From positions 1-40,856 of IMG/VR virus record IMGVR_UViG_3300005732_000058: a stretch of DNA of 40,856 nt, one strand, 5' to 3'. The notes beneath the pieces were generated by a model. The model saw nothing but the letters and a program-made list of their open reading frames with translations, did not search any database and was not told the origin of the DNA. The translations under genes and the position numbers were made by a program. Positions 24,379-33,232 of the stretch are shown here, piece by piece (positions within the stretch are counted from its first letter, which is position 1; the number at the start of each line of letters is the position of its first letter). The stretch comes from a virus. Taxonomy: Duplodnaviria; Caudoviricetes.

Positions 24379-24613
24379 TCTTTTGGCGACAAGCGGTACT
24401 GGATGGGCTGCCGTTATCAACGGCACCATGGATGTTCGCACAATTTCTGATGGCAAAAACACCGCAGCACTCAGCGCGATGCACGCCTGCGGTTTTGGCG
24501 TAATATCCACATGCTCTGATCCTGATTGCGATTGCATGGTTAATGTGCTGGATCAGCATCGGCCTGATGTAAAGCTGGTGCGCGTGCGCGTCGAGGTGTG
24601 TGGCGATGCTTGA
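24371..24613 (+). CDS. Hypothetical Cys-rich protein (start uncertain)
   Basis: 3' part of ORF 24242-24613; TTG at 24371 overlaps the upstream stop; CSDPDCDC. Confidence 0.45.
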   Translation: MADLLATSGTGWAAVINGTMDVRTISDGKNTAALSAMHACGFGVISTCSDPDCDCMVNVLDQHRPDVKLVRVRVEVCGDA

Positions 24614-24659
24614 TCCAGATGTGAGCGCAATGGCTGGAATGCAGCCGATGACCTGTTGA

Positions 24660-24900
24660 AAAAGTTTGACTTGGCGGCCTTTGTCGTTGGCGCGCGTCAA
24701 GCTGTCAGTGGTTTCTAAGTGATTTCCCCAGCGGACGGTGGGCACGGCGGTCACGCCAAAAACATCCGCAGTCGGGGGCCAGAATTTACCTCCCTCTGAG
24801 CGTCGGTGCGGCGGTGCAGAACTGGAATGAGCCAGGAAAGACTGCGGCGCGCGATAGCAAAAAGGAACGGCTGACCCGACATTCACGCAAAATTCACGGA
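24660..24900 (+). ncRNA. Candidate structured RNA/leader with an anti-SD loop and GGAAAGAC hairpin
   Basis: GTCGGG(24771)/CCCGAC(24876) closing stem; CAGA-ATTTACCTCCC-TCTG; GCCAG-GAAAGA-CTGCGGC (24831-24848). Confidence 0.4.
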
Positions 24901-24911
24901 AGGATCACGAT

Positions 24912-25202
24912 ATGCAAGACGAAGTGACGCAATACAATTTCAGCGATGCGCTGACCAAAATCAAACAAGGGCACCGCATGCAGCGTGCGGGTTGGAACGG
25001 CAAAGGGATGTTTGTCTTTCTGGTCGCTGGGTCCGTTTTCACGGTCAATCGCGAGCCGCTGTTGTCTATTCTGGGCGAGGGCGCTGAGGTGACATACCAT
25101 CCTCACATCGATATGCGCACGGCTGACGGCTCTATTGTGCCGTGGCTGGCATCTCAGACAGACATCATGGCTGAGGACTGGCAGGTTGTCTCGCCAAGTT
25201 GA
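24912..25202 (+). CDS. DUF2829-family protein
   Basis: FSDAL..IKQG.RMQRAGWNGKGMFVFL...PWLASQTDIMAEDW. Confidence 0.85.
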   Translation: MQDEVTQYNFSDALTKIKQGHRMQRAGWNGKGMFVFLVAGSVFTVNREPLLSILGEGAEVTYHPHIDMRTADGSIVPWLASQTDIMAEDWQVVSPS

Positions 25203-25380
25203 TGAAATACTTGACGCACTCAGGCGCTGCAAAACAGTGGCTGAGGTCAACGCGACGGCCAAGCATTACGCTCAGGCCGTCGCAATCATTGAGGCTGACC
25301 CAAAGTTGAGGGTCCGCGCAATCCATATAAAGAACATGGCCAAATATCGGCGCATGTGCATTCAGAAGGGCTGGGGCTGA
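25186..25380 (+). CDS. Hypothetical protein (start uncertain)
   Basis: Fills the gap between DUF2829 and ssb with TGATG coupling; a TTG start after GAGG is assumed. Confidence 0.45.
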   Translation: MSRQVDEILDALRRCKTVAEVNATAKHYAQAVAIIEADPKLRVRAIHIKNMAKYRRMCIQKGWG

Positions 25381-25865
25381 TGGCGGGCAGTTTGAATAGG
25401 GTTCAATTGATCGGAAACCTGGGGCGTGATCCTGAGGTGCGATCGTTCCAAAATGGCGGGAAGGTCTGCAATTTCAGAGTGGCGTGCAGTGAAAGCTGGA
25501 AGGATCGCAACACGGGCGAGCGCCGCGAAAAGACCGAGTGGGTCAACGTGGCGGTGTTCAGCGAGGGGTTGGTGCGCGTCTGTGAGCAGTATCTGCGAAA
25601 GGGCTCCAAGGTCTATGTCGAGGGGAAGTTTCAAACCCGCAAATGGCAGGACCAAAACGGCAATGACCGATACACGACTGAGGTGGTCATTCAGGGTTTT
25701 GGTGGTCAGATTTTGATGTTGGGCGGCAAGAACAATGATCAGGGCGGTGGTGACTACGGCGGTTCTGGTGGTGGTTACAGTGACAATTCAGGCGGTTCTG
25801 GCTATTCTAACGGCAACCAAGGCGGCGGCGCGGGCTCCGACTTGGATGACGAAATTCCATTTTAG
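25380..25865 (+). CDS. ssb: Single-stranded DNA-binding protein
   Basis: [21 protein letters not shown]...[15 protein letters not shown], Gly-rich linker and DDEIPF tail; alphaproteobacterial type. Confidence 0.97.
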   Translation: MAGSLNRVQLIGNLGRDPEVRSFQNGGKVCNFRVACSESWKDRNTGERREKTEWVNVAVFSEGLVRVCEQYLRKGSKVYVEGKFQTRKWQDQNGNDRYTTEVVIQGFGGQILMLGGKNNDQGGGDYGGSGGGYSDNSGGSGYSNGNQGGGAGSDLDDEIPF

Positions 25866-25876
25866 GGGCAAGGCGA

Positions 25877-26377
25877 GTGTTTGAGGGCGATCGAAAAGAT
25901 GATGAGGAAGGCGGACGCGATGATAAGGGCCACTTTCTTCCAGGTAATAAATTCTGGCGGTCGCGCAAAAGCCACGGGCCCGGCCTGAAATTTGAAACGC
26001 CAGAGGATTTGCAGGCGGCGTGTTTCGAGTATTTCGATTGGGTCGATGAAAATCCTCTTTGGGAAATGAAGGTTTTCGGCACCGGCCTGCAGGCTAAGTT
26101 GCCGCATCCGCGGGCTATGACCATACGTGGGCTTTGCGGTTTCATCGGCTTAGCTCGTCGCGCGTGGGACAATTACCGTGATCGCGATGGCTTCAAAGAG
26201 GTCTGCGAGATGGCTGAGGACATCATGTTTGACCAGAAATTTGCGGGGGCAGCGGCTGGGCTTTTCAACGCAGCGATCATCGCCCGCGATCTGGGCCTTG
26301 CCGACAAGCGCGAGGTCGATGAGAATTTGACAGTGGAAGTGGTGGACCGATTTGGCGAAGATAACAATCCCGAATGA
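25877..26377 (+). CDS. terS: Terminase small subunit (P22 gp3-like)
   Basis: GNKFW...F.TPEDL..AC.EYF.W...NPL...RAMTIRGLC.FIG...QKFAGAAAGLFNAAIIARDLGLADK. Confidence 0.9.
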   Translation: MFEGDRKDDEEGGRDDKGHFLPGNKFWRSRKSHGPGLKFETPEDLQAACFEYFDWVDENPLWEMKVFGTGLQAKLPHPRAMTIRGLCGFIGLARRAWDNYRDRDGFKEVCEMAEDIMFDQKFAGAAAGLFNAAIIARDLGLADKREVDENLTVEVVDRFGEDNNPE

Positions 26378-27734
26378 TTGGGTGTGTCGCCCTTACCAGC
26401 TCCCCGTTTATAACAATTTCGGGCATGGCAAGCCCTATCAGCGTGCCGCGTGCGTTTGGCATCGACGCGCTGGCAAGGATAGCATGGGGCTCAACCTTAC
26501 GGCGCGCGAGATGTTCAAGCGTGTCGGCACATATTGGCACCTGTTCCCAGAGCAAGCGCAGGCTCGCAAAGCGATCTGGAACGGCATAGACGGGCAAGGT
26601 CGCAAAATTCTCAATCAGGTTTTCCCTGGCTTTTCGCAAGCGCAGACGCGGCGGGGAAGTGGTGGAATCGTCAAGCGTGTCAGCAATCAGGAAATGCTGG
26701 TCGAGCTGAAACACGGTCCTGTTTGGCAGATGGCCGGATCAGACAACTATGACAGCTTGGTGGGCTCCAACGTGGTCGGGGTCGTGTTCTCTGAGTGGTC
26801 GCTGGCCAACCCGCTGGCCTGGGATTACATCCGCCCAATCCTGTTGGAAAACGGCGGATGGGCGCTGTTTATCTACACGCCGCGCGGGCGCAATCACGGC
26901 TATCACACATTCCAGATGGCGTTGCATAATGACAAATGGATCGCCGATCGCCAGACCGTCGATGACACGGGGCGGCTGACGCCTGAGGACATCCAAGAGG
27001 AACGCGATTCAGGGATGTCAGAAAACAAGATCAACCAAGAGTATTACTGCGATTTCGAGGCTGAAATGGATGACCAATTGATCCCGTCCGCTGCGGTAAC
27101 GGCGGCGCAAAAGCGTGAGGCGATTTCTCACATTGATGATCCGATGGTGCTGGGCGTGGACGTTGCCCGCTTCGGTGATGACAAGTCGGTGATTTATCCG
27201 CGTCGTGGCAATGATGGTCGAACCATGCCGATCGAAATTTACGAAAAGCTGGACACCATGCAATTTGCTGCGCGCGTGGCTGAGGCCATTCACAAATACA
27301 ACCCAGATGGGGTTTTTGTGGACGTGGGCGGCATTGGCGCTGGTGTTGTCGATCGACTGGCCCAGCTCAATTTCGATGTGATTGGCGTGAACTTTGGGGG
27401 CAAGCCGGATCGGTATTTGCCTGGCGGAACGAAAACAGCCAACAAGCGGTCTGAGATGTGGACGGCAATGCGTGATGCGCTCAAGGCGGGGCTCGCAATA
27501 TCTAGTGACACCCGACTAGAATTTGAGCTTTTAAGCCCGAACTATACATACGACGCCGATAACGCTATTTTGCTGGAAAGCAAGAAAGAAATGAAAAAGC
27601 GAGGCTTGCAGTCTCCTGACATCGCAGACGCCCTAGCCCTGACTTACGCTTATCCGGTCGAGGCGCGGTCAATTCAAGATCAAGAGGATGAGCGAAACGA
27701 TGATGAATATGATCCTTTTGGATGGGGAAATTGA
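26352..27734 (+). CDS. terL: Terminase large subunit
   Basis: Walker A WHRRAGKD, Walker B VVFSEW, YTPRGRNH, RNase-H-like GVDVARFGDD and SPDIADALALT. Confidence 0.95.
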   Translation: MAKITIPNDWVCRPYQLPVYNNFGHGKPYQRAACVWHRRAGKDSMGLNLTAREMFKRVGTYWHLFPEQAQARKAIWNGIDGQGRKILNQVFPGFSQAQTRRGSGGIVKRVSNQEMLVELKHGPVWQMAGSDNYDSLVGSNVVGVVFSEWSLANPLAWDYIRPILLENGGWALFIYTPRGRNHGYHTFQMALHNDKWIADRQTVDDTGRLTPEDIQEERDSGMSENKINQEYYCDFEAEMDDQLIPSAAVTAAQKREAISHIDDPMVLGVDVARFGDDKSVIYPRRGNDGRTMPIEIYEKLDTMQFAARVAEAIHKYNPDGVFVDVGGIGAGVVDRLAQLNFDVIGVNFGGKPDRYLPGGTKTANKRSEMWTAMRDALKAGLAISSDTRLEFELLSPNYTYDADNAILLESKKEMKKRGLQSPDIADALALTYAYPVEARSIQDQEDERNDDEYDPFGWGN

Positions 27735-27736
27735 CC

Positions 27737-27910
27737 ATGTGCAGCGCACCAGACGTTCCTGAACCTCAGCGATTTCAGCAAGCCCAAGCGCCTGTTTATC
27801 GCGATCGCCAAGACGCGCCCAGCACGGGCCGTCGCGGCACAATCTTGACTGGCGGTTCTGGCATTCAGAATTCCAGCCCAACCATGAAAAAGACCGCATT
27901 GGGGCAGTAA
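27737..27910 (+). CDS. Small virion protein preceding the portal (T7 gp7.3-like position)
   Basis: MCSAPDVPEP...GRRGTILTG...KTALGQ, a pattern typical of podovirus pre-portal proteins. Confidence 0.7.
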   Translation: MCSAPDVPEPQRFQQAQAPVYRDRQDAPSTGRRGTILTGGSGIQNSSPTMKKTALGQ

Positions 27911-29575
27911 ATGGTTGATAGCCCACGAGAATTGCTTTCAGCGCTTGGCCGTCGCCGCAAGGGGATGGACGATGAATATACACAATGGGAACCGCATTAC
28001 CGCGAGCTGCGTGATGCGATTCAGCCGTCTCGTGGGCGCTTTTCGCTTGGCGAGAACCGCAAGGCATCGACGCTCAACAAGCGGATCATCGACTCGTCTG
28101 GCCGCAAGGGGCTGCGCACGCTCAAGTCTGGCTTGATGGCGGGTATGACATCACCGTCTCGGCCATGGTTTAAGCTGGGCCTGCACAATGATGCTCAGGC
28201 TGATGACCCCGATGTGAAGGCGTATTTGCACGAATCGCAGCGCCGCATGTATTCGGTTTTGCGCGGCTCGAACATCTATCGGACGCTTGACGCCTGTTAT
28301 GGCGATCTAGGTTTGTATGGCACTTTTGGCGGCCTGATTGTCGGTCATTTTGATAACGTGATCCATTCGCACGCTTTCCCGATGGGGCTTTATCGCATCG
28401 CTGAAAACGAGGATGGCGTAGTGGATGTTCTGCATTGGGACATCCGCATGACGGTCAAGCAGGTTGTGACCAAATTTGGCTTGGATGCCTGCAGTCGCCA
28501 GGTTCAAAACCGCTTCAAATCCAATGACCTCCACTCGTGGGTCGATGTCTGTGCTGCGGTCGAGGTCCGTTATGAGCGCGATCCCATGTCGCCGCTTTCA
28601 TCTGACAAGCCGCTGGCCGCGTTTTATTGGGAAAAGAACTGCAATGATCGCTTCCTGATGATCGGCGGCCACGGCATCAGCGGCATCCTCGCGCCTCGCT
28701 GGGAACGTGTTGAGGGTGAAGCGTGGGCTGTTTCCTCGCCGGGCATGGATGCGCTGGGTGACTGCGTTCAACTGCAGCAACAGCACAAGGACAAAGCCAT
28801 GGCCATTCAGATGTCCTACAAGCCGCCAATGCAGGGCCCGGCTGGGTTCAAAAAGCATTTCCGCAACGTGCCTGGCGGTGTGACTAGCGTGAACACGGCT
28901 GATTTGCAGAAAGGCGGCCTGCGCCCGACGCATGAGGTCCGCCCTGATATTAAGGGACTGGTCATGGACATCAATGAGACGCGCCGCCGGATCAGCGAGT
29001 CATTCTATGAAGATTTGTTCCGCATGGCGTCTCAGTATGGCATCGACGGGGTGAAGAACGTGACCGCAACCGCGATCGCGGAAATGCATGAGGAAAAGCT
29101 GATTGCTCTGGGCCCGGTTCTGGAAAGCCTCGATCACGGCCTGCTGACGCCAATTATTGAGGCGACATTCCATTACATGCAGGAGGCTAACATTCTGCCT
29201 GAGGCTCCTGATGTCCTGGATGGCCAGCCTATTAAGGTGGAGTTCATTTCTTTGCTGGCTCAAGCGCAAAAGGCAATCGGCCTCGCCTCAATTGAGCGCA
29301 CCATTGGCTTTGCAGGGTCGCTGGCTCAGATCAAGCCTGAGGCGCTGGATAAGATCGACGCTGACCAGACCATGGATGAGTTTGCAAGTCAGGTCGGGCC
29401 GCCGCCCGGCATCATTAAGACCACAAAGCAGGCTCAGGATGAACGCAAGGCGCGCGCTCAGGCTCAGGCTCAGGCTCAGATGGTTGAGCAAGCCCAGCCG
29501 ATGGCTCACGCGGCCAAGCTCATTTCTGAGGCAAACGCCCGCGGCGAGGCGGGTCTGGCTGAGGGGGCTATTTGA
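27911..29575 (+). CDS. Portal (head-to-tail connector), T7 gp8/BPP-1 type
   Basis: GLMAGMTSPSRPWF, SPGMDALGD...LQ, TATAIAEMHEEKL..LGPVLE.L, VEFISLLAQAQ. Confidence 0.93.
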   Translation: MVDSPRELLSALGRRRKGMDDEYTQWEPHYRELRDAIQPSRGRFSLGENRKASTLNKRIIDSSGRKGLRTLKSGLMAGMTSPSRPWFKLGLHNDAQADDPDVKAYLHESQRRMYSVLRGSNIYRTLDACYGDLGLYGTFGGLIVGHFDNVIHSHAFPMGLYRIAENEDGVVDVLHWDIRMTVKQVVTKFGLDACSRQVQNRFKSNDLHSWVDVCAAVEVRYERDPMSPLSSDKPLAAFYWEKNCNDRFLMIGGHGISGILAPRWERVEGEAWAVSSPGMDALGDCVQLQQQHKDKAMAIQMSYKPPMQGPAGFKKHFRNVPGGVTSVNTADLQKGGLRPTHEVRPDIKGLVMDINETRRRISESFYEDLFRMASQYGIDGVKNVTATAIAEMHEEKLIALGPVLESLDHGLLTPIIEATFHYMQEANILPEAPDVLDGQPIKVEFISLLAQAQKAIGLASIERTIGFAGSLAQIKPEALDKIDADQTMDEFASQVGPPPGIIKTTKQAQDERKARAQAQAQAQMVEQAQPMAHAAKLISEANARGEAGLAEGAI

Positions 29576-29919
29576 TGGCAGAGAATTTGGATGATCTGAC
29601 CCCAGAGGAGAAGGCGCAGGCACTGCTCGATGCAGAAATTCAGCACGCATGGCTCGGCCTTCTCAGTCAAGAGGCCGGTCGGCTCATCCTTTGGTCGATC
29701 TTGGACAAGTGCGGGTGCTTTGCGTTCCCGCATTACGGCGATTCAACGGACACGCTCATGCGTGGTCGCCAGCAAATTGGATCAGAGCTTTTGCAGGATC
29801 ATGTGTTTCCGCATGGCATGAGCTTTTACACCGATATGCTGCTTGAGGCTGAGGCCCGCGATCAACGCTTGCAGATGGCCGCTGAACAAACAGAAGCGGA
29901 AAACGAGGACGAAACATGA
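29572..29919 (+). CDS. Conserved small protein between portal and scaffold (Bbp19-like)
   Basis: LLSQEAGRLILWSILDKCG.F...GRQQIG..L; gene order matches BPP-1-like phages. Confidence 0.7.
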   Translation: MMAENLDDLTPEEKAQALLDAEIQHAWLGLLSQEAGRLILWSILDKCGCFAFPHYGDSTDTLMRGRQQIGSELLQDHVFPHGMSFYTDMLLEAEARDQRLQMAAEQTEAENEDET

Positions 29920-30674
29920 CGCTCAAGGCTTTGATGATGAATTCGGTCGCCCCTGTGTGGGCTCCTGACGATGGCGCAGGCGGTGCTGGTGGTGACGGCG
30001 GTGCTGGTGGCGATGCTGGCGCTGGTGCTGGTGACGCGGGCGCTGGCGGGCAATCCACTGCGCTGGGCGGCGGCGGTAATGGTGACGCTGGCGGTGAGGC
30101 TGATGGCGGCGAAGGTGACAACGCTGGTGACGGCCAGCAAGGTAATGGCGAGGGCTCAGATGCTGGTGACGCCGGTGAAGGTGGTGAGGGCGATGGCTCT
30201 CCTGCAGAGTTCAAGCTGACTGCCCCTGAGGGCATGGAGAATTTCCAAGGCGAATTCGACACGTATTCGTCTGAGGCATCGGAGTGGATGCAAGCTAACC
30301 CCAACGCTACGGCGGCGGATGCGCTCAAGTGGGCCGCCGAACGTCAGGCTGAGGCGGTTACAAAGCAAACGCAGGATATGTCTGAGGCGTTCACGCGGCA
30401 GATCGAAACCTGGGAAGGTGAGGCGAAAGCTGACAAGGACATTGGTGGCGATGCTTTTGACGCAAATTTGGCTACGGCCAAGAAGGCGATCGATGCATTT
30501 GGCTCTGATGGCCTCAAGGCTGTTTTGAATGAGTCAGGGTTGGGCAGCCACCCTGAGGTCATCAAATTCGCCGTTAATGCGGGCAAGGCTTTGGCCGATG
30601 CGCCCGTGATCAAAACCGGCGACGGTGCCGCAAAAAAATCGCTGGCCGACTCGCTCTATGGAAAGAAAACCTGA
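29916..30674 (+). CDS. Capsid scaffolding protein
   Basis: Gly/Asp low-complexity N-terminus; DKDIGG..F..NL..AK.A..AFG...LNESGLGSHPEVIKF...LYG; immediately before the capsid gene. Confidence 0.8.
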   Translation: MTLKALMMNSVAPVWAPDDGAGGAGGDGGAGGDAGAGAGDAGAGGQSTALGGGGNGDAGGEADGGEGDNAGDGQQGNGEGSDAGDAGEGGEGDGSPAEFKLTAPEGMENFQGEFDTYSSEASEWMQANPNATAADALKWAAERQAEAVTKQTQDMSEAFTRQIETWEGEAKADKDIGGDAFDANLATAKKAIDAFGSDGLKAVLNESGLGSHPEVIKFAVNAGKALADAPVIKTGDGAAKKSLADSLYGKKT

Positions 30675-30688
30675 GAAAGGAATGAGAC

Positions 30689-31726
30689 ATGGCTGAACTT
30701 GGCCTGATCAACCCGTCCCTGATCGATGTGCTGTCGCGCACTGATCCTGACGGCAATATCTCCACCATCATTGAGGTGGCGGAAAAGTCCAACCCGATCA
30801 TCGCGGATGCGACCTATCAGGAGTGTAATGACGGCTCCAAGCACCGCACTGTGATCCGCACGGGCATCCCTGAACCGGCGTTCCGTCGCTACAACCAAGG
30901 CGTCCAGCCCTCGAAAAGCACCACCGTGCCTGTCGAGGACACCACCGGCATGATCGAAGATTATTGCGAAGTGGATAAGGCGCTGGCCGATTTGAGCGGC
31001 AACGCCAACGCCTTCCGCGCCTCTGAGGCCGCTGCCAAGCTGCAGGGCTTCAACAACTTTGTGGCGCACAACATGTTCTATGGCGACACGAAAACGACGC
31101 CTGAGGGCTTCATGGGGCTGGACGCGCGGTTTAACGACTCCTCTGCGGATTCGGCGCGCCAGATCATCGATGGCGGCGGCACCGGCTCGGACAATACGTC
31201 TATCTGGTTTGTGACTTGGGGTCCGCGTGGTTGTCAGCTTCTGTATCCGAAAGGTTCGGCGGTTGGCTTCCAGCACAATGACCGTGGCCAGACCACCAAG
31301 CAGGAGGGCTCCGGCTCGACCCGCAAGCTGCAGGAAATCTATCTGGATCACATGAAGTGGGATTTGGGTATGACCCTGGGCGACTGGCGTTCCTGCGCCC
31401 GCGTAGCCAACATCGATGTCAGCAACTTGACCAAAGATGCGGCCTCTGGCGCTGACTTGCTTGATCTGATGATCGATGCTGAGGAGATGATTGACACCTC
31501 TGCGGCCATCGGCGTGGACATGCAGGGCAACTTGGTCGAGGGCAAGACCGTCATCTATGTCGGTCGCACCGTCGCCAAGTTCCTGCGCAAGCAGGCGCTG
31601 AACAAGGCCAACGTCAACCTGACGGTTGAGGAGGTCGCGGGCAAGCGCGTGACCATGTGGGGTGACTACATGGTGCGCCGCATCGACGCCATCAAGGAAA
31701 CCGAGTCGCAGATCACTGGTCTGTAA
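30689..31726 (+). CDS. Major capsid protein (BPP-1 Bbp17-like HK97 fold)
   Basis: IRTGIPEP.FRRYNQGVQPSKS, EVDKALADL.GN, IIDGGGTGSDNTSIWFV.WG, DWR..ARVANID; RBS AAAGGA. Confidence 0.92.
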   Translation: MAELGLINPSLIDVLSRTDPDGNISTIIEVAEKSNPIIADATYQECNDGSKHRTVIRTGIPEPAFRRYNQGVQPSKSTTVPVEDTTGMIEDYCEVDKALADLSGNANAFRASEAAAKLQGFNNFVAHNMFYGDTKTTPEGFMGLDARFNDSSADSARQIIDGGGTGSDNTSIWFVTWGPRGCQLLYPKGSAVGFQHNDRGQTTKQEGSGSTRKLQEIYLDHMKWDLGMTLGDWRSCARVANIDVSNLTKDAASGADLLDLMIDAEEMIDTSAAIGVDMQGNLVEGKTVIYVGRTVAKFLRKQALNKANVNLTVEEVAGKRVTMWGDYMVRRIDAIKETESQITGL

Positions 31727-31735
31727 TTCAGGGCC

Positions 31736-31753
31736 GGGCCCTTCGGGGCCTTT
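31736..31753 (+). terminator. cUUCGg hairpin after the capsid gene (weak terminator or stabiliser)
   Basis: GGGCCC-TTCG-GGGCCT followed by only a short T run. Confidence 0.5.
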
Positions 31754-31784
31754 CCCATCAACTGAGTGCTGAAAGGAGACTGAA

Positions 31785-32216
31785 ATGCACCTCGATGAAC
31801 AAGCCCTGTTCTCTGATCAACAGGCAATCACGGCCACTGCAGCATCGACCAACTATATCGATCTGGGCGCGGCCAACACCCCGCCTGGTGGCTCCAACGC
31901 CATCAAGCAAGACTTTGGGGGCGGCAATGACATTCCGCTGCTGATCCAAGTCACTGAGGCGTTTGACAACCTCACCTCTCTGACCGTTGCTGTGCAGGTG
32001 GATGACAATACGTCATTTTCCTCGCCCAAAACGGTTGCAACCTCTGGCGCTATTGCTCTGGCTGATCTGGTCGCAGGCAAGAAAATCCCGCCATTCAACG
32101 TCCCGATCGGTGTGGATCAGCGCTATATGCGCCTGAATTACACTGTGGCTGGCACTGCGCCGACTGCTGGCAAAGTGACTGCGGGCATCGCGGGGGGCTT
32201 GCAGACCAATGGCTAA
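31785..32216 (+). CDS. Capsid cement/decoration protein (Bbp16-like)
   Basis: LFSDQQAITATAASTNYIDLG...QVTEAF..LTSLTV...RYMRLNYTV.GT.PTAGKVTAGI. Confidence 0.88.
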   Translation: MHLDEQALFSDQQAITATAASTNYIDLGAANTPPGGSNAIKQDFGGGNDIPLLIQVTEAFDNLTSLTVAVQVDDNTSFSSPKTVATSGAIALADLVAGKKIPPFNVPIGVDQRYMRLNYTVAGTAPTAGKVTAGIAGGLQTNG

Positions 32217-32580
32217 GGAAAAGAACGTTTGGGTGAAGGCGGTTCTACCCGTTCAAAAGCCTAACCGCACTTGGGCTCAGCCAGGCGATGTTTTTCAGGT
32301 GCCAGAGGGCAAGGTGTCCAAGCGGTCTATGTGTGAACCCTCGAAAGAGGAAATCGCGCTGGCCAAAGAGGGCGCTGCGGCTGACGCTGAGGCTGACGAT
32401 GGCAAGGACGCGGAAATTGCTGATCTGAAAGCCAAGCTGGCTGACGCTGAGGCTGGTCGCGCAATCATGCAGGAGGCGGCTGACCTTTTGCAAGTTGAGC
32501 AGGGCGAGCTGATCGATGAGATCAAAAAGCTTAAGTCACCGCCTGCGCCTAAAAGCACAGTCGCTGGTCAAGCTAAATGA
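32209..32580 (+). CDS. Hypothetical virion-module protein
   Basis: PGDVFQVP N-terminal motif plus coiled coil; overlaps the cement stop. Confidence 0.65.
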   Translation: MAKEKNVWVKAVLPVQKPNRTWAQPGDVFQVPEGKVSKRSMCEPSKEEIALAKEGAAADAEADDGKDAEIADLKAKLADAEAGRAIMQEAADLLQVEQGELIDEIKKLKSPPAPKSTVAGQAK

Positions 32581-32585
32581 AACCT

Positions 32586-32612
32586 AGGTCGCCCTTCGGG
32601 GCGGCCTTCTTC
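32586..32612 (+). terminator. cUUCGg hairpin terminator ending the head genes
   Basis: AGGTCGCCC-TTCG-GGGCGGCCT followed by TCTT. Confidence 0.6.
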
Positions 32613-32626
32613 GATGAGGTGAGAAA

Positions 32627-33232
32627 ATGTCAAAAGTCCAAATCTGCAACCGCGCGCTTTCCACCTATCTAGGGGTTGCTCGGATTAACTCTCTGTCTGA
32701 ATCAACGCCTGCCGCTGAGCAGTGCAATCTGCATTTCAATGACACATTGGCTGGATTGCTTGAGGCGCACCCTTGGCGTTTCGCAAATGGCCGCCAAGTG
32801 CTGGCTGAGCTGATCAATGATCGGACGGCTGAATGGAATTATCACTATGCGCGTCCGGCGGATGCGCTGTTTGTCCGTTGGGTCAATGACCCTGAGGTAG
32901 CGCGCTACATGATTGCGCAAGATCAAAGCCCAGACAGTGATCGTGAGATGACTGAGCAAAGCATCTATTCAGATGTCAAAGGTGCGGTCTGTGAATTTAC
33001 AAAGCTGGTGACTGACACCACGCTTTACCCGCAATTTTTCAAAGACGCGATGTCTGCAGCGCTTGCGGCCAACATGGCCATGCCGCTGACTGAGGACATC
33101 AAGCGCGCTCGCAACGCCATGGATCAGGCTGAGCGCAAGATGGATATGGCGATGGCCCGCGATGAGCAAGAGGACAACACCGGCGGCTACCAGACGCTGC
33201 CAAGCTACCTGACTGAGCGAGGTATCTCCTGA
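32627..33232 (+). CDS. Tail tubular protein A/adaptor (T7 gp11-like)
   Basis: SKVQICNRAL, LLEAHPWRFA, W.Y.YARPAD, F.DAMSAALA; position. Confidence 0.85.
   Translation: MSKVQICNRALSTYLGVARINSLSESTPAAEQCNLHFNDTLAGLLEAHPWRFANGRQVLAELINDRTAEWNYHYARPADALFVRWVNDPEVARYMIAQDQSPDSDREMTEQSIYSDVKGAVCEFTKLVTDTTLYPQFFKDAMSAALAANMAMPLTEDIKRARNAMDQAERKMDMAMARDEQEDNTGGYQTLPSYLTERGIS

Noticed and set aside
29455-29479. GCTCAG tandem repeat
   Set aside because: Encodes the AQAQAQAQ tail of the portal, which is common in this family.
29970-30200. GGTGCTGGTGGTGAC-like repeats as a DNA repeat array or CRISPR
   Set aside because: Explained by the Gly/Ala/Asp low-complexity N-terminus of the scaffold; no repeat-spacer periodicity and no cas genes.
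31539-31548. Sixth AGGGCAAGAC copy
   Set aside because: It is internal to the capsid gene (Glu-Gly-Lys-Thr codons) with no following start codon, so it is not counted as a leader.
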